Shown one piece after another: positions 1-10,704 of a stretch of 64,000 nucleotides of DNA. The notes under the pieces were generated by a model. The model was not told the DNA's origin and did not search any database. It worked only from the letters and a program-made list of their open reading frames with translations. Source of the DNA: an uncultured Gemmatimonadales bacterium (GTDB taxonomy: Bacteria; Gemmatimonadota; Gemmatimonadetes; Gemmatimonadales; Gemmatimonadaceae); NCBI GenBank assembly GCA_963850905.1, contig CAWKMU010000003.1, forward strand, positions 1,696,001-1,760,000, read 5' to 3'. Position numbers and translations under genes: made by a program. Numbering within the stretch: the stretch's first letter is position 1; every line of letters starts with the position of its first letter.

Positions 1-12
1 GATGCTGCACGA

Positions 13-939
13 GTGATGGCGACAGCGAGCGATGTCCTCGAATATGCCGCCCTCCGTACGGGACTCGGTGCCGCGGCGTGCATTCCGTTGAGTGCGGCGA
101 GTGCGATCGCGGCGCGGGTTGCGACGCTCGGATATTGGCCGTTGCGCGTGCGGCGCGTCGTCGTCGAATCGCAGCTCGCAGCAGCGTTTCCGGATTGGGA
201 CCAGAGCGCCGTACGCCGCGTCGCCCGCAAGGCGTACGAGCACCTGGGACGCACCGCTGTCGAAGCCGCGCTTTTGCCGACGCTCTCACACGAGCGCGTG
301 CTGGCGATGTTCGATGGGGAGGGGGACTGGCCGGTCCTCGTAGAGGCCCTGCGTCGCGGGCGTGGCGTCATCGTCGTCACCGGACACATTGGCAACTGGG
401 AGCTCGCCGGCGCGTACATCGCTGCGCGTGGGGTCAGCGTCACCGGTGTCGTGCGCCGGATGACCAACCCGCTCTTCGATCGATATCTCACGACCACGCG
501 CGAGCGGGCGGGCCTGGCCGTCATCGCAGATGATCCGGTCCGGAAAGTGCCACGCTCGCTCAGAAGCGGTCACGTGGTCGCGCTCGTCGCGGATCAGGGC
601 GTCAAGGGCATGGCCTCGACCTACGTCCCGTTCTTTGGCCGCCTCGCGAAAACTCCTCGCGGGCCCGGGGTCTTCGCGCTCCGACTCGGCGTCCCGCTCG
701 TCGTAGGTACCGCCATCCGACTGCCCAGCGGCAAGTACCGCGCGCTTGTCGAGCCGGTCGAGGTCGTGGATACCGGCGACCGCGAACGCGACGTCGAGGC
801 GGTCGTCGCCCGCTACACCGGTGTGTTGGAGCGATGGGTGCGGCAGTATCCCGAGCAGTATCTGTGGCACCATCGTCGTTGGAAGCGACGGCCGGAAGAA
901 GAGGCACAGCTCGAGAACTACACGCGGAGCAGGGCATAG
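13..939 (+). CDS. Lipid A biosynthesis (LpxL/HtrB-like) lysophospholipid acyltransferase; may extend 5' of the window
   Basis: Motifs TGHIGNWE, LVADQG, VPFFG and PEQYLWHHRRWK; the frame is open to the window edge. Confidence 0.9.
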   Translation: MMATASDVLEYAALRTGLGAAACIPLSAASAIAARVATLGYWPLRVRRVVVESQLAAAFPDWDQSAVRRVARKAYEHLGRTAVEAALLPTLSHERVLAMFDGEGDWPVLVEALRRGRGVIVVTGHIGNWELAGAYIAARGVSVTGVVRRMTNPLFDRYLTTTRERAGLAVIADDPVRKVPRSLRSGHVVALVADQGVKGMASTYVPFFGRLAKTPRGPGVFALRLGVPLVVGTAIRLPSGKYRALVEPVEVVDTGDRERDVEAVVARYTGVLERWVRQYPEQYLWHHRRWKRRPEEEAQLENYTRSRA

Positions 940-2198
940 TCGCGCGCGCCCTTGCGAAGCAAGAAATACCCTCCGTTCAGCGCCTCGTCACGCGGCAGGG
1001 AGCGATCAGGGCCGCCAAGCTTCCGCCCATTCGCCGATAAGCCGCCCTGCTCGAGCAATCGACGCGCGGCCCCTTTGGACGCCGCCAGCCCCGCCGTCAC
1101 AAACGCGTCCAGGGTATCGATATCGGGGGTCGCGCCGCCGCTCTGAAGCGTCGACGACGGAATCTCTGACGCGAGCGCCGCCAGGGCCTGCGACGAGAGC
1201 GCGCGGGGGTCACCGCGGCCGAACAGCAGCGCGGAGACCTCGACTGCGACGCGAGCGGCCTCTGCGCCGTGCACGCGAGTGGTCACATCGAGGGCGAGAG
1301 CCTGCTGCGCCTCCCGACGCCCCGGTGATTGCTGCATCGCGATGTCGAGCGCCGCAATCTCCTCGCGCGCAAGCAAGGTGAAAAAGCGCAGGTAGCGCCC
1401 CACGTCGCGGTCGTCCGTGTTTACCCAGAACTGGTAGAACTGGTAGGGCGACGTGTGCTTCGCGTCCAGCCAGACGGCGCCCGCTTCGGTCTTCCCGAAC
1501 TTGGTCCCACTCGCCGTCGTCACCAGCGGTAGCACGAGCCCATGGGCCTCGCCGCCGGCCGCACGCCGGATCAATTCAGTCCCGGCCGTGATGTTCCCCC
1601 ATTGATCGCTGCCGCCCGTTTGGAGCGTCACGCCGTCCCTGCGGTACAGCTCGAGGAAATCGTAGGCCTGCAGCAGCATATATGCGAACTCGGTGAAGGA
1701 GATCCCTCCCTCGAGGCGGGTCTTCACCGAGTCCTTGGCGAGCATGAAGTTGATGCTGAAATGCTTCCCGACGTCTCGCAGAAAGGACAAGGTTGGGAGC
1801 GGCACAAGCCACTCGGAGTTGTCCCGCATCAGCGCACCGCGCGGGCCGGAGAAGTCGAGGAACCGTTCGAGCTGCGTGCGAATCGCGCGCGCATTGGCTG
1901 CGATCTGCTCCATGTCGAGCAACGGCCGCTCATTGGCCTTGCCACTCGGATCACCGATCAGCCCCGTGCCGCCGCCGAGAAGCGCCACTGGCCGGTGGCC
2001 GGCGAGCTGGAGGTGCAGCAGACCCATGATTTGAACCAGGCTCCCCACGTGCAGGCTGTCGGCGGTTGGATCGAACCCGCAATAGCCGGTGACGGACCCC
2101 GCGGCCAGCGCGTCGCCTAGACGGTCCGTGCGATCATACAGGAGCCCTCGCCATTCGAGCTCACTGAGCAAGTTGGGCTGAGATGAATTGCTTGTCAC
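918..2198 (-). CDS. tyrS: Tyrosine--tRNA ligase
   Basis: YCGFDPTADSLHVG (HIGH-like), GGSDQWGN, KFGKT and a C-terminal S4-like domain; GTG start at 2198 inferred. Confidence 0.97.
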   Translation of the reverse strand: MTSNSSQPNLLSELEWRGLLYDRTDRLGDALAAGSVTGYCGFDPTADSLHVGSLVQIMGLLHLQLAGHRPVALLGGGTGLIGDPSGKANERPLLDMEQIAANARAIRTQLERFLDFSGPRGALMRDNSEWLVPLPTLSFLRDVGKHFSINFMLAKDSVKTRLEGGISFTEFAYMLLQAYDFLELYRRDGVTLQTGGSDQWGNITAGTELIRRAAGGEAHGLVLPLVTTASGTKFGKTEAGAVWLDAKHTSPYQFYQFWVNTDDRDVGRYLRFFTLLAREEIAALDIAMQQSPGRREAQQALALDVTTRVHGAEAARVAVEVSALLFGRGDPRALSSQALAALASEIPSSTLQSGGATPDIDTLDAFVTAGLAASKGAARRLLEQGGLSANGRKLGGPDRSLPRDEALNGGYFLLRKGARDYALLRV

Positions 2199-2334
2199 GC
2201 GAGGCAAAATACGCAGGCGCAATTGCTTGCGCACGGCGGGGCCGAGTCTAGGTTTCCAGAAACCGGCACGAACCGTAGCAACGGGGCGCCTCGAACGGCG
2301 CTGTGCCTAGGTGTCAGGAGCGGTGACAGGGCTT

Positions 2335-2634
2335 ATGGGTGAAGAGACGTACGGCGAGGATCGACGACGGAACCTCGAGCGGTTGCTCCGCACGTTGGCG
2401 GACCGGATCCGTGAGCTGGACGCGAGCGGCGCCCTGTTGGGCCGAGCGAACGAGCTCATGGAGTTGATCGGCGACGTCCGAACGGAACTGTTCCACTATG
2501 AGGTCCGCGCGACGTACGACACGCCGGAGGTCGCCGAGAACCGTCGCATCGTTGCCGAAGCCAAGTCGGATGAGCCAAAGTGGGACCGCTCGGATTGGAA
2601 ACCTGATGACGAGGAAGGGGGAACCAAGTGGTGA
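2335..2634 (+). CDS. Hypothetical acidic helical protein
   Basis: ORF with plausible composition that overlaps the start of the DsbA gene; ATG at 2335. Confidence 0.65.
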   Translation: MGEETYGEDRRRNLERLLRTLADRIRELDASGALLGRANELMELIGDVRTELFHYEVRATYDTPEVAENRRIVAEAKSDEPKWDRSDWKPDDEEGGTKW

Positions 2635-3425
2635 GTGCTCGTGGAAGTGGCGGTTCGCGCCGAGGTCGAAAGGGCTCCTCCGCTACACCGCGGTCGTCGA
2701 AATCACCGCCCGCGGCCGGCGGCCGGTCGAAGCAAGGTGGGTCAAGTCCGCGGCAGTTTCTCGCCGTGATCATCGTCCTGGTGCTGGCCGGCGGCGCCCT
2801 GCTCGCGTATCTCGCCCGACCTAAGCCCCCAGTCGTCAGCACGGTGGACCCCAACCTCCCGCCCGCCGTTGCCAAGGGCTACGTGCTCGGCCGGCCCGAT
2901 GCGCCCGTCCATATCATGGAGTTCGCGGACTTCGAGTGCCCGGCGTGTGCGAACTACACGGTCGTGACCGAGCCCGACGTCCGGAAGCGCATCATCGATT
3001 CGGGACTCGCACAGGTCACGTATTACGATTTCCCGCTTCCTATGCACAAGAACACGCTGGTCGCGTCCGAGGCGGCGGCCTGCGCCAACGACCAAGGCAA
3101 GTTCTGGGGAATGCACGACCGTCTGTTCCTGGGCCAGGGCGACTGGAACGGTGAAGCCACGAGCGACCCGGCGAAGGTCATGCGAGGCTACGCGAAGGAT
3201 CTGGGTCTCGATGTCGATCGGTGGCAGCAGTGCGTCGACCAGCGCGCCCACGAGCGCGACATCCAGGCCAACAAGGCCGAGGGTGATCGTCATCACATTA
3301 TGGAGACGCCGACGTTCGTTATCGGCAATCGTGTCGTGCCGGGCGCCATCGGCTTCGACGAGCTACGCGCCTACGTCGACAGCGCTCGAGGAGCGGCAGC
3401 CGGTCGTACGACCGCGACGCGCTAA
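2628..3425 (+). CDS. Membrane-anchored DsbA-family thioredoxin-fold oxidoreductase
   Basis: N-terminal TM helix, EFADFECPAC, FPL, TPTFVIG. Confidence 0.9.
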   Translation: MVSARGSGGSRRGRKGSSATPRSSKSPPAAGGRSKQGGSSPRQFLAVIIVLVLAGGALLAYLARPKPPVVSTVDPNLPPAVAKGYVLGRPDAPVHIMEFADFECPACANYTVVTEPDVRKRIIDSGLAQVTYYDFPLPMHKNTLVASEAAACANDQGKFWGMHDRLFLGQGDWNGEATSDPAKVMRGYAKDLGLDVDRWQQCVDQRAHERDIQANKAEGDRHHIMETPTFVIGNRVVPGAIGFDELRAYVDSARGAAAGRTTATR

Positions 3426-3457
3426 CTCGTGCGGGACGTCGTGACCGCGGGGCGCCC

Positions 3458-3925
3458 GTGACCAAGCGGATGATCTTGGCGTTGCTCGCACTGGCCGGGC
3501 TCATGCTGTCGGCGTATCTCACGCTGTTCAAGCTTGGCTACATCGGCCATCTCGCGTGCGGCCTCGGCTCGTGCGAACGTGTGCAGACGAGTCGCTGGTC
3601 AGTGCTGTTCGGGATCCCGGTGGCGGCGTGGGGTGCCGCGTTCTACCTCGTGGTGCTGGCGACCGCAGTGGTGAGCACGCAGCCCAAATTCGCCGATGCC
3701 TCGCGCATCTCGTGGGTCCTTCTCGTCCTGACCGGCTGGGGAGTGCTGTTCTCGGCGTATCTGACATCAGTGGAGCTTTTCGTCATTCACGCCATCTGCG
3801 AGTACTGCGTGACGTCGGCAGTGCTCGTCACCGCGATGTGTGCCGTCGCCGCGTCAGATGTGCTGGCTTTCCGGCGAGTCTATACGCCAGAACCGGTCAC
3901 CAGGTCGGAACCGGCCACCGGGTAA
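3458..3925 (+). CDS. Vitamin K epoxide reductase (VKOR) family protein
   Basis: C..C loop (ACGLGSC), SRWS, GIPVA, CEYC and 4 TM helices; adjacent to DsbA. Confidence 0.92.
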   Translation: MTKRMILALLALAGLMLSAYLTLFKLGYIGHLACGLGSCERVQTSRWSVLFGIPVAAWGAAFYLVVLATAVVSTQPKFADASRISWVLLVLTGWGVLFSAYLTSVELFVIHAICEYCVTSAVLVTAMCAVAASDVLAFRRVYTPEPVTRSEPATG

Positions 3926-3954
3926 TCGGCGAAAACGGGGCCGGTGCTGTTGGT

Positions 3955-4003
3955 GTCTACTTTCTACTTTCTGTAGGTCTGCTTTCTAGCGCGCCTAGCG
4001 CGC
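3955..4003. repeat. Half copy (right arm) of the TCTACTT heptamer palindromic element
   Basis: GTCTACTTTCTACTTTCTG is identical to 12778-12796 and is followed by a small GC hairpin. Confidence 0.8.
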
Positions 4004-4011
4004 GCAGCACG

Positions 4012-4434
4012 CTACGCGCGCTTTGCGCTCCGCTGTCGCGACTCGGCGTCGTTGAGGCGGAGTCGCGGCCGTAGGTCGTCGTCGGCCGCGGCGGTCAGTT
4101 GGTCGGCATCGCGTGGGCCACGCCGGGCGGCGACGAGGTCTTGGCCAATCGTGACTAGCGCTCGGGTCGCCACCGTGCTCGCAAGCGGCTCCGGGATGCC
4201 CATCACGCGGATATAGGTGTCGATCGCGCGGTCGAACGAGAGCTCTTCAGCCAACGTGTCGACAAACATGAGCGCGTTGTCGACATGCGCCCGGACCACG
4301 GACTCTTCCGCGCGCGCCTGGGCAAGCCGCAAGCGACGCTCGGCAGCGGGCGACAGCTTCCGCGGGAAGATCGATTCGGGAAACAGACGTCCGAACACGC
4401 GTTTCAATATAACGGCTGAGCTTAAGCGCCGCAC
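4012..4434 (-). CDS. Hypothetical protein (start uncertain)
   Basis: Helical protein-like ORF downstream of acs on the same strand. Confidence 0.7.
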   Translation of the reverse strand: MRRLSSAVILKRVFGRLFPESIFPRKLSPAAERRLRLAQARAEESVVRAHVDNALMFVDTLAEELSFDRAIDTYIRVMGIPEPLASTVATRALVTIGQDLVAARRGPRDADQLTAAADDDLRPRLRLNDAESRQRSAKRA

Positions 4435-4568
4435 TCGACCACCGCGGCCGCCAATTGATACCCTGACGCTGGACGCCGGCCGGGCGTCCTCGGCAACTCA
4501 TTGGGCGGGCGAGGCATACGTGCCCTTTAGCGGTCCTTCGCCTGGCCTGCGGGCCGCGAATGGCGACC

Positions 4569-6521
4569 TCAGCTCTCTAAGGCCTCGTATTGCTCCTTGA
4601 GGCCGGCCACCACGGCTGGGTCCGCGAGGGTCGTGGTGTCGCCGAGCGCGCGGCCCTCGGCGATATCCCGCAACAGTCGGCGCATGATCTTCCCGGAGCG
4701 CGTCTTTGGGAGATCGGCAGCAAACAGCACGTCGTCCGGCCGCGCGATCGCGCCGATTTTCTCCGCCACATGGCTGCGCAGCTCTTCGCGGAGACTCGGG
4801 GATGACTGCCGGCCTGCACGTAATGTGACGAATGCCGCGATCGCCTGGCCTTTGAGATCGTGGGTGCGGCCGACGACCGCCGCTTCGGCTACCGCAGGGT
4901 GGTCCACGAGTGCGGACTCGACTTCCATCGTGCCGATTCGATGTCCGGCCACGTTGAGTACATCATCGACTCGGCCGAGGATCCAGAAATACCCATCTTC
5001 GTCCCGCTTGGCACCGTCACCCGGGAAGTAGAGGTCCGCCCGTCCCGCCCATTTTGAGAAATACGTCTGCACGTACCGTGCATCATCGCCCCAGATCGTG
5101 CGCAGCATCGATGGCCACGGCCGGTCGAGCGCGAGGAAGCCACCACCGACGGCGATCTTCTCGCCGTTGCGATCGAGCAGGTCAGCCGAAAAGCCGGGCA
5201 ATGGCAACGTGGCGCTCCCCGGCTTGGTCTCGGTCAGGGCCGGCAGCGGCGAGAGCACGATGGCGCCCGTCTCCGTCTGCCACCAGGTATCGACGATCGG
5301 ACATCGGCCGCCCCCGATGCGATCGTGGTACCACATCCAGGCCTCCGGATTGATCGGCTCCCCCACCGTGCCCAGGAGACGCAGGCGTGAGAGATCGTGT
5401 TGGGCGGGATACTGGTCGCCCCATCGCATGAACGCCCGTATCGCGGTCGGCGCCGTGTAAAGAATGGTCACACCGAGTGATTCGCACAGCGACCAGTAGC
5501 GGTCCTTGTCCGGCCAGTCGGGCGCGCCCTCGTACATGACCGTTGTCGCGCCATTGGCGAGCGGTCCGTAGACCACGTACGAGTGCCCCGTGACCCACCC
5601 GACGTCCGCGGTGCACCAGTAGATATCAGTCTCGCGCAGATCGAATACGTCGCGGGTCGTCGCCGCGACGACCGTCAGATAGCCGCCGGTCGTGTGCACG
5701 ATCCCTTTGGGTTTGCCCGTCGTTCCGGACGTGTACAGGATGTAAAGCACGTCCTCGGCATCCATCTGCGCTGGCTCGCACTGGGCCGGCGCATCGCGCA
5801 TCAAATCATGCCACCAGACATCTCGTGGTGCCGTGAAGGGCGTCGACGGGTCGATGGTGGCCTGACGTTGCACGACGACAACTCGCTCGATCGTCGGGCA
5901 GCCCTCGATCGCCTTGTTGACGTTGCGCTTGAGCGGCACCGCCTGACCACGACGGAACCCGGTGTCCGCCGTGATGACGACCTTCGCCGATGCGTCGTTG
6001 ATTCGATCGCGCAGCGAATCCGGGCTGAAGCCGCCGAACACGACCGAGTGCACAGCGCCGATACGCGTGCAGGCCAGCATCGCGACCGCGACTTCGGGGA
6101 TGAGCGGGAGATAGATCGCGACACGATCCCCGCGTCGCACGCCGAGTCGCTGCAGCGCATTGGCGCAGCGGTTCACGTCGTGCGAGAGCTCGCCGTACGT
6201 GACCCGGCGTCGGTCTCCGGGCTCGCCCTCCCAGATGATCGCGACCTTGTCGCGTTTCGTCGCCAAATGGCGATCAATACAGTTGACGGAAACGTTCAGC
6301 TTCCCGCCGACGAACCATTTGGCGTATGGCGGACGCCAGTCGAGCACCTGACTCCACGGCGAGAACCACTCCAACTCATTCGCCCGAGACGCCCAGTAAC
6401 CTTCCAGATCGCTGGCTGCGCGAGCATACACGGCTGGATCCGCTACGACTGCGCCGCGGGCAAAGTCGGGCGGTGGGGGAAACCGCCGATTCTCCTGGAG
6501 GAGGACGTCAATGTCGTTCAC
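4569..6521 (-). CDS. acs: Acetate--CoA ligase
   Basis: [32 protein letters not shown]. Confidence 0.97.
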   Translation of the reverse strand: MNDIDVLLQENRRFPPPPDFARGAVVADPAVYARAASDLEGYWASRANELEWFSPWSQVLDWRPPYAKWFVGGKLNVSVNCIDRHLATKRDKVAIIWEGEPGDRRRVTYGELSHDVNRCANALQRLGVRRGDRVAIYLPLIPEVAVAMLACTRIGAVHSVVFGGFSPDSLRDRINDASAKVVITADTGFRRGQAVPLKRNVNKAIEGCPTIERVVVVQRQATIDPSTPFTAPRDVWWHDLMRDAPAQCEPAQMDAEDVLYILYTSGTTGKPKGIVHTTGGYLTVVAATTRDVFDLRETDIYWCTADVGWVTGHSYVVYGPLANGATTVMYEGAPDWPDKDRYWSLCESLGVTILYTAPTAIRAFMRWGDQYPAQHDLSRLRLLGTVGEPINPEAWMWYHDRIGGGRCPIVDTWWQTETGAIVLSPLPALTETKPGSATLPLPGFSADLLDRNGEKIAVGGGFLALDRPWPSMLRTIWGDDARYVQTYFSKWAGRADLYFPGDGAKRDEDGYFWILGRVDDVLNVAGHRIGTMEVESALVDHPAVAEAAVVGRTHDLKGQAIAAFVTLRAGRQSSPSLREELRSHVAEKIGAIARPDDVLFAADLPKTRSGKIMRRLLRDIAEGRALGDTTTLADPAVVAGLKEQYEALES

Positions 6522-6597
6522 GTGGGGAATTTGGGTATCGGCAGGGGGCGCGCGCTAGCGCGCCCGCGGCCGTAATCCTGTCGTTTACATTCCACGG

Positions 6598-7326
6598 GTG
6601 TCCGGACCAGGCAGTGTCCCGCTGGCCGTCGAGGCGCGGGGGTTAGGCCGTCGTTTCGCTGACCGGTGGGCCCTTTCGGGCATCGATCTCTCGCTCGCCG
6701 GCGGCGACTGCCTGGTCGTTTTCGGTCCCAATGGGGCGGGCAAGACGACCCTCCTCCGAGTCCTCGCAGGATTGCTCGAACCGTCGCTCGGGGCAGCCCA
6801 TGTCGATGGGATGCCCCTGCCGGGCGATGCCGAAGTTCGAGCCCGTGTGGGGTACATCTCGCACCACACGATGCTGTATCCCGCGCTGACAGCACTGGAG
6901 AACGTGGCGTTTGCCGCGCGCCTCCAGGGCCTGCGGTCGCCGCGCGACGCAGCGCTGAGCGCGCTCGCACGCCTGCGCGTCGCCGATCGGGCGCACACGC
7001 CGGTGCGTTTGCTCAGCCGCGGCCTCCAACAACGGGTCTCGATCGCTCGGGCGTTCGTCCACAACCCGCGCATCGTGCTCCTCGATGAGCCATATACGGG
7101 CCTCGACGCGGTCGGCGCGGCGGCGCTCTCGAGTGCCCTTCGGCAACTCAAAACCGCGGGTGCGGCCCTCGTGCTCGTAACGCACAACATCGAAGAGGGG
7201 CTGGCACTCGCAACGACCGTTGCGGTCCTGCACGAGGGGCGCTTCCTCCGTGCCGAGTCTCGAGGCGCGATCGACGCCGCGGCCTTCGGCGCCGAGTACC
7301 GCGCGCTCTTTGGCGTCGAAGGATGA
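6598..7326 (+). CDS. ccmA: Heme exporter ATP-binding protein CcmA
   Basis: GPNGAGKT, LSRGLQQR, LLDEP; first gene of the ccm operon. Confidence 0.9.
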   Translation: MSGPGSVPLAVEARGLGRRFADRWALSGIDLSLAGGDCLVVFGPNGAGKTTLLRVLAGLLEPSLGAAHVDGMPLPGDAEVRARVGYISHHTMLYPALTALENVAFAARLQGLRSPRDAALSALARLRVADRAHTPVRLLSRGLQQRVSIARAFVHNPRIVLLDEPYTGLDAVGAAALSSALRQLKTAGAALVLVTHNIEEGLALATTVAVLHEGRFLRAESRGAIDAAAFGAEYRALFGVEG

Positions 7327-8105
7327 GCCACTCCCTGGCGCCGATCCGTCCCGCGGAAGGTGAGCCGGTCCCTGTCGCGGCCGAATTCGCACCCATGCGA
7401 CTCGGGGAGCGACCGGCGCGATACCCAGCAACGCTGGCGGCGGCCTGGGTCATTGCGCGCAAGGACCTCACGGTCGAGCTTCGCACGCGATCCGCGTTTC
7501 TGTCGGCGGCGGTGTTCACGGTACTCGCCGCGGCCATCTTCTTCTACTCGTGGGACCCGACTGCGGTAACGGGAATCGATCTGGCTCCCGGCGTCATCTG
7601 GGTCATCTTCACATTCTCGGGCGTGCTCGGGCTGAACCGTTCGTTCGCAGCCGAGCTGTCCGACCGGGCGATTGATGGATTGCTCGGCGCGCCGATCAGC
7701 AGGGAAGCGGTCTTCCTCGGCAAAGCGTTTGCGAATCTCGTGTTCCTCCTGGGGGTCCAGACCGTTGCAGTTCCCGCGGTCCTGCTGTTCTACAACGGGT
7801 CGATCAGCGCGTTCGGTGCGGTACTGATCGCGGGCGTGACCATGCTTGCGGCAGTCGGACTGGTCGCCGTCGGTACCCTCTTCAGCGCGATGGCGGTGAA
7901 CACACGACTGGCGGAACTGCTGCTCCCGGTGATCACACTGCCGTTTCTGGTGCCTGTCGTCACCGCGGCGGCGCAGGCCACGGTCGTTATTCTCGCCGGA
8001 CGGTCGATCACCGGCGCGGTTGCGTGGCTGAAGATTCTCGCGGCGTACGACATTGTGTTCGTCGTGGCGTGCACATTGGCATATCCTTTCACGATTGAAC
8101 GCTGA
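7323..8105 (+). CDS. ccmB: Heme exporter protein CcmB
   Basis: RKDLTVELR, PGVIWV and LLLPVITLP motifs; about 6 TM helices. Confidence 0.92.
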   Translation: MSHSLAPIRPAEGEPVPVAAEFAPMRLGERPARYPATLAAAWVIARKDLTVELRTRSAFLSAAVFTVLAAAIFFYSWDPTAVTGIDLAPGVIWVIFTFSGVLGLNRSFAAELSDRAIDGLLGAPISREAVFLGKAFANLVFLLGVQTVAVPAVLLFYNGSISAFGAVLIAGVTMLAAVGLVAVGTLFSAMAVNTRLAELLLPVITLPFLVPVVTAAAQATVVILAGRSITGAVAWLKILAAYDIVFVVACTLAYPFTIER

Positions 8106-8118
8106 GAGGCGGTGTGAA

Positions 8119-8907
8119 ATGGATGCGACTTCACAGTCTGAGCTTACAAGCATAGTGGTCCGCGATGCACGCGAGTCGTCGACCTCAGGGCGACTGTTCG
8201 GTTGGCTGTTCTGGATTGCAGTCGCCTGCGTCGCGGCCTCGGTCGTTCGAGACCTCGCGTTCACTCCCGAGGAGGCGCTTCAGGGCGCGGCGCAGAAAAT
8301 CCTTTATATCCACGCCCCAGCTGCCTTCACCGCTCTGTATCTCGCGTTCGCGCTCATGGCGGTTGCGAGCGTGCTGTATCTGTGGCTGCACGACCCCAAG
8401 CTGGATCGTGTCGCCGCGTGTGCCGCCGAGGTGGGGCTCGTGTTTACCACGGTGGTGCTGGTGACTGGTCCGCTCTGGGCCAGGCCAGTATGGGGGACCT
8501 GGTGGTCGGGGGACGCGCGCCTCACGGCGACCTTGTTTCTCTGGCTCATCATCCTGGCGTACCTGATTCTGAGGCAGGCCGTCGACGACCCGGCCCTCCG
8601 CGGCCGGTATTCCGCGGTCTTGGCCATCCTCGCGGGGCTGTTGATTCCGTTCATCCACCTCACCGTGTACCTGTTTCGGACGCTCCACCCCCAACCGATC
8701 TTTCTCAAGCCGAGCGCTCCATCGGCGCCGCCGGAAATGGCGATGACGTTTGCACTGGCGTTCGGTGCGTTCGCCTTGTTGTTCGCGGCGTTGCTCCGTG
8801 CACGCTATCGCCTCGCCATCATGATCGACGTGGCTGGGGCCGAAGCAAGCCTCCCATCCGCGCAGGCGCCGGCATCTTCAGCTGCACCCACGCGAGGGGT
8901 CCCGTAA
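8119..8907 (+). CDS. ccmC: Cytochrome c biogenesis protein CcmC
   Basis: YIHAP, TGPLWARPVWGTWWSGDARLT (WWD domain), RTLHP. Confidence 0.93.
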   Translation: MDATSQSELTSIVVRDARESSTSGRLFGWLFWIAVACVAASVVRDLAFTPEEALQGAAQKILYIHAPAAFTALYLAFALMAVASVLYLWLHDPKLDRVAACAAEVGLVFTTVVLVTGPLWARPVWGTWWSGDARLTATLFLWLIILAYLILRQAVDDPALRGRYSAVLAILAGLLIPFIHLTVYLFRTLHPQPIFLKPSAPSAPPEMAMTFALAFGAFALLFAALLRARYRLAIMIDVAGAEASLPSAQAPASSAAPTRGVP

Positions 8908-9062
8908 TGCCTCCGCAGAATGCGGGCTACATGTATGCAGCGTACGCGGCGGCGGGAATCATCTATGCCGGTTACGCGTTGTCGATCTGGTGGCGAGCTC
9001 GCAGAATCACGCGACGAAATCGACCGGGGCACGACGCGCCTTCCGCACATGGCGAACGCTGA
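8907..9062 (+). CDS. ccmD: Probable CcmD small membrane protein (not called separately in the ORF track)
   Basis: ATG overlaps the ccmC TAA; MPPQNAGYMYAAYAAAGIIYAGYALSIWWRARR is an aromatic N-terminus, one TM helix and a basic tail. Confidence 0.75.
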   Translation: MPPQNAGYMYAAYAAAGIIYAGYALSIWWRARRITRRNRPGHDAPSAHGER

Positions 9063-10704
9063 CCAGTCGTCCGCGGCCGCCCATCAGCCGCCGAATGCGG
9101 CGCGGCCCGGCACGGTGTATCTCGTCGGCGCCGGCCCGGGTGACCCGAGCCTGATCACGGTGCGTGCTTGGGAGTTGCTTGCCAGCTGCGATGCCATTGT
9201 GCACGACGCGCTGGTTCCGCGCGAGCTGTTGGCTGGCGATGCGCAGCTTCACTTCGTCGGGAAGCGAGGCGGCGACGAACGATCGGCTCGGCAAGAAGAC
9301 ATCAACGCCACGCTCGTTGACTTGGCGCGGTCGGGCAAAGCCGTCGTGCGACTCAAGGGCGGGGACCCTTTTGTCTTCGGGCGCGGCAGTGAGGAGGCGG
9401 AGGCTCTTGCCCTGGCAAACGTGCCGTTCGAGGTCGTACCCGGCGTGACGGCTGGCATAGCTGGTCCTGCATATGCGGGGATCCCCGTGACGCACCGAGG
9501 GATCTCGACGGCGGTGACGTTCGTGACGGGCAATGAAGATCCCGCCAAAGGGGGGTCGCAACTGGACTGGGACGCCGTCGCGCGGTCCGGCGCGACCATT
9601 GTAGTCTACATGGGAGTGCAGCGACTGCCGGAGATTGCCGCATCGCTCGAGCGCGCGGGCTTGAGCCCGGATACGCCGGCAGCGGCGATTCAGTGGGCGA
9701 CGACAGGCGCGCAACGAACCGTCGATGGGACGCTCTCGACGATCGTGCGCGAAGTGCGTGCCGCCAGCCTGGAGGCACCGGTCGTCACGGTGATCGGACA
9801 GGTGGTTGCGTTGCGCGACCGGATCCGCTGGTTCGATCGCTCGGAGATCCGTCCCCTGCTCGGGCGGCGCATCCTGGTGACCCGACCGGCGACACAGGCC
9901 AGCACCCTTACCGATTCGCTGCAGATGCTGGGCGCCGTCGTGCGAGAGTTGCCCGCGGTGCGCATCGAAAAACTCGATCCCGGTCCTCTCAGGGACGCTC
10001 TCGATCGGCTAAACGAATACAGGCACATCGTCTTCACCAGCCCAAACGCGGTGCGGATCGTGTGGGAAGTCCTCCTCCGCTCGGGCCGGGATGTCCGGGC
10101 CTTGTCCGGTCTCACCGTCAGCGCAATCGGACCCGCGACGAGCGACGCGCTGCTGACCCGCGGCATCACTGCCGACGTGACGCCATCGCAGTACGTCGCG
10201 GAAAGGCTCCTCGACGTGCTCTCGGAGCGCGCCGACCTGATGGGACGACGGGTGCTGTATCCGGCAGCGGCGGACGCGCGCGACGCTTTACCTGAGGGAC
10301 TGCGCCGCCTCGGGGCGAGCGTTGACGTCGTGGCCATTTATCGCTCGGCCGTCGATCCCGAGGGCGCCCGGCAAATGCGGGCCGTGGTCGCGTCGGACTC
10401 GGTCGACCTGGTGACGCTCGCATCAGGTGCGGCTGCACGGGCGTACGCAGACGCTTTGGGCCCCGACCTCGTGACGCGCGTGCCTGGTGTCTCCATCGGC
10501 CCTGTCACGTCCAAAGCGGCGCGAGATGCAGGAATTCCCGTCGCGGGAGAAGCGCATGTGTCGACGATACAAGGCTTGGTCGACGCCGTTGTCGCGCTGA
10601 CCGCCCGGGAAGGATCTGATCGGCGATCCGGCGCGCATCCGTCCCGGGCGAGGAGTGAGTCGGGTGCTGCGATCGAAGCTCCAACGCCTCGGCGAAGCTC
10701 GTGA
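9049..10704 (+). CDS. cobA: Fused uroporphyrinogen-III C-methyltransferase / uroporphyrinogen-III synthase (CobA-HemD)
   Basis: VYLVGAGPGDP and RLKGGDPFVFGRG in the N-domain; ILVTRP, FTSPNAV and AIGPAT in the HemD domain. Confidence 0.93.
   Translation: MANADQSSAAAHQPPNAARPGTVYLVGAGPGDPSLITVRAWELLASCDAIVHDALVPRELLAGDAQLHFVGKRGGDERSARQEDINATLVDLARSGKAVVRLKGGDPFVFGRGSEEAEALALANVPFEVVPGVTAGIAGPAYAGIPVTHRGISTAVTFVTGNEDPAKGGSQLDWDAVARSGATIVVYMGVQRLPEIAASLERAGLSPDTPAAAIQWATTGAQRTVDGTLSTIVREVRAASLEAPVVTVIGQVVALRDRIRWFDRSEIRPLLGRRILVTRPATQASTLTDSLQMLGAVVRELPAVRIEKLDPGPLRDALDRLNEYRHIVFTSPNAVRIVWEVLLRSGRDVRALSGLTVSAIGPATSDALLTRGITADVTPSQYVAERLLDVLSERADLMGRRVLYPAAADARDALPEGLRRLGASVDVVAIYRSAVDPEGARQMRAVVASDSVDLVTLASGAAARAYADALGPDLVTRVPGVSIGPVTSKAARDAGIPVAGEAHVSTIQGLVDAVVALTAREGSDRRSGAHPSRARSESGAAIEAPTPRRSS

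Noticed and set aside
2199..2334. T-box leader for tyrS
   Set aside because: The divergent spacer is short and has no T-box consensus
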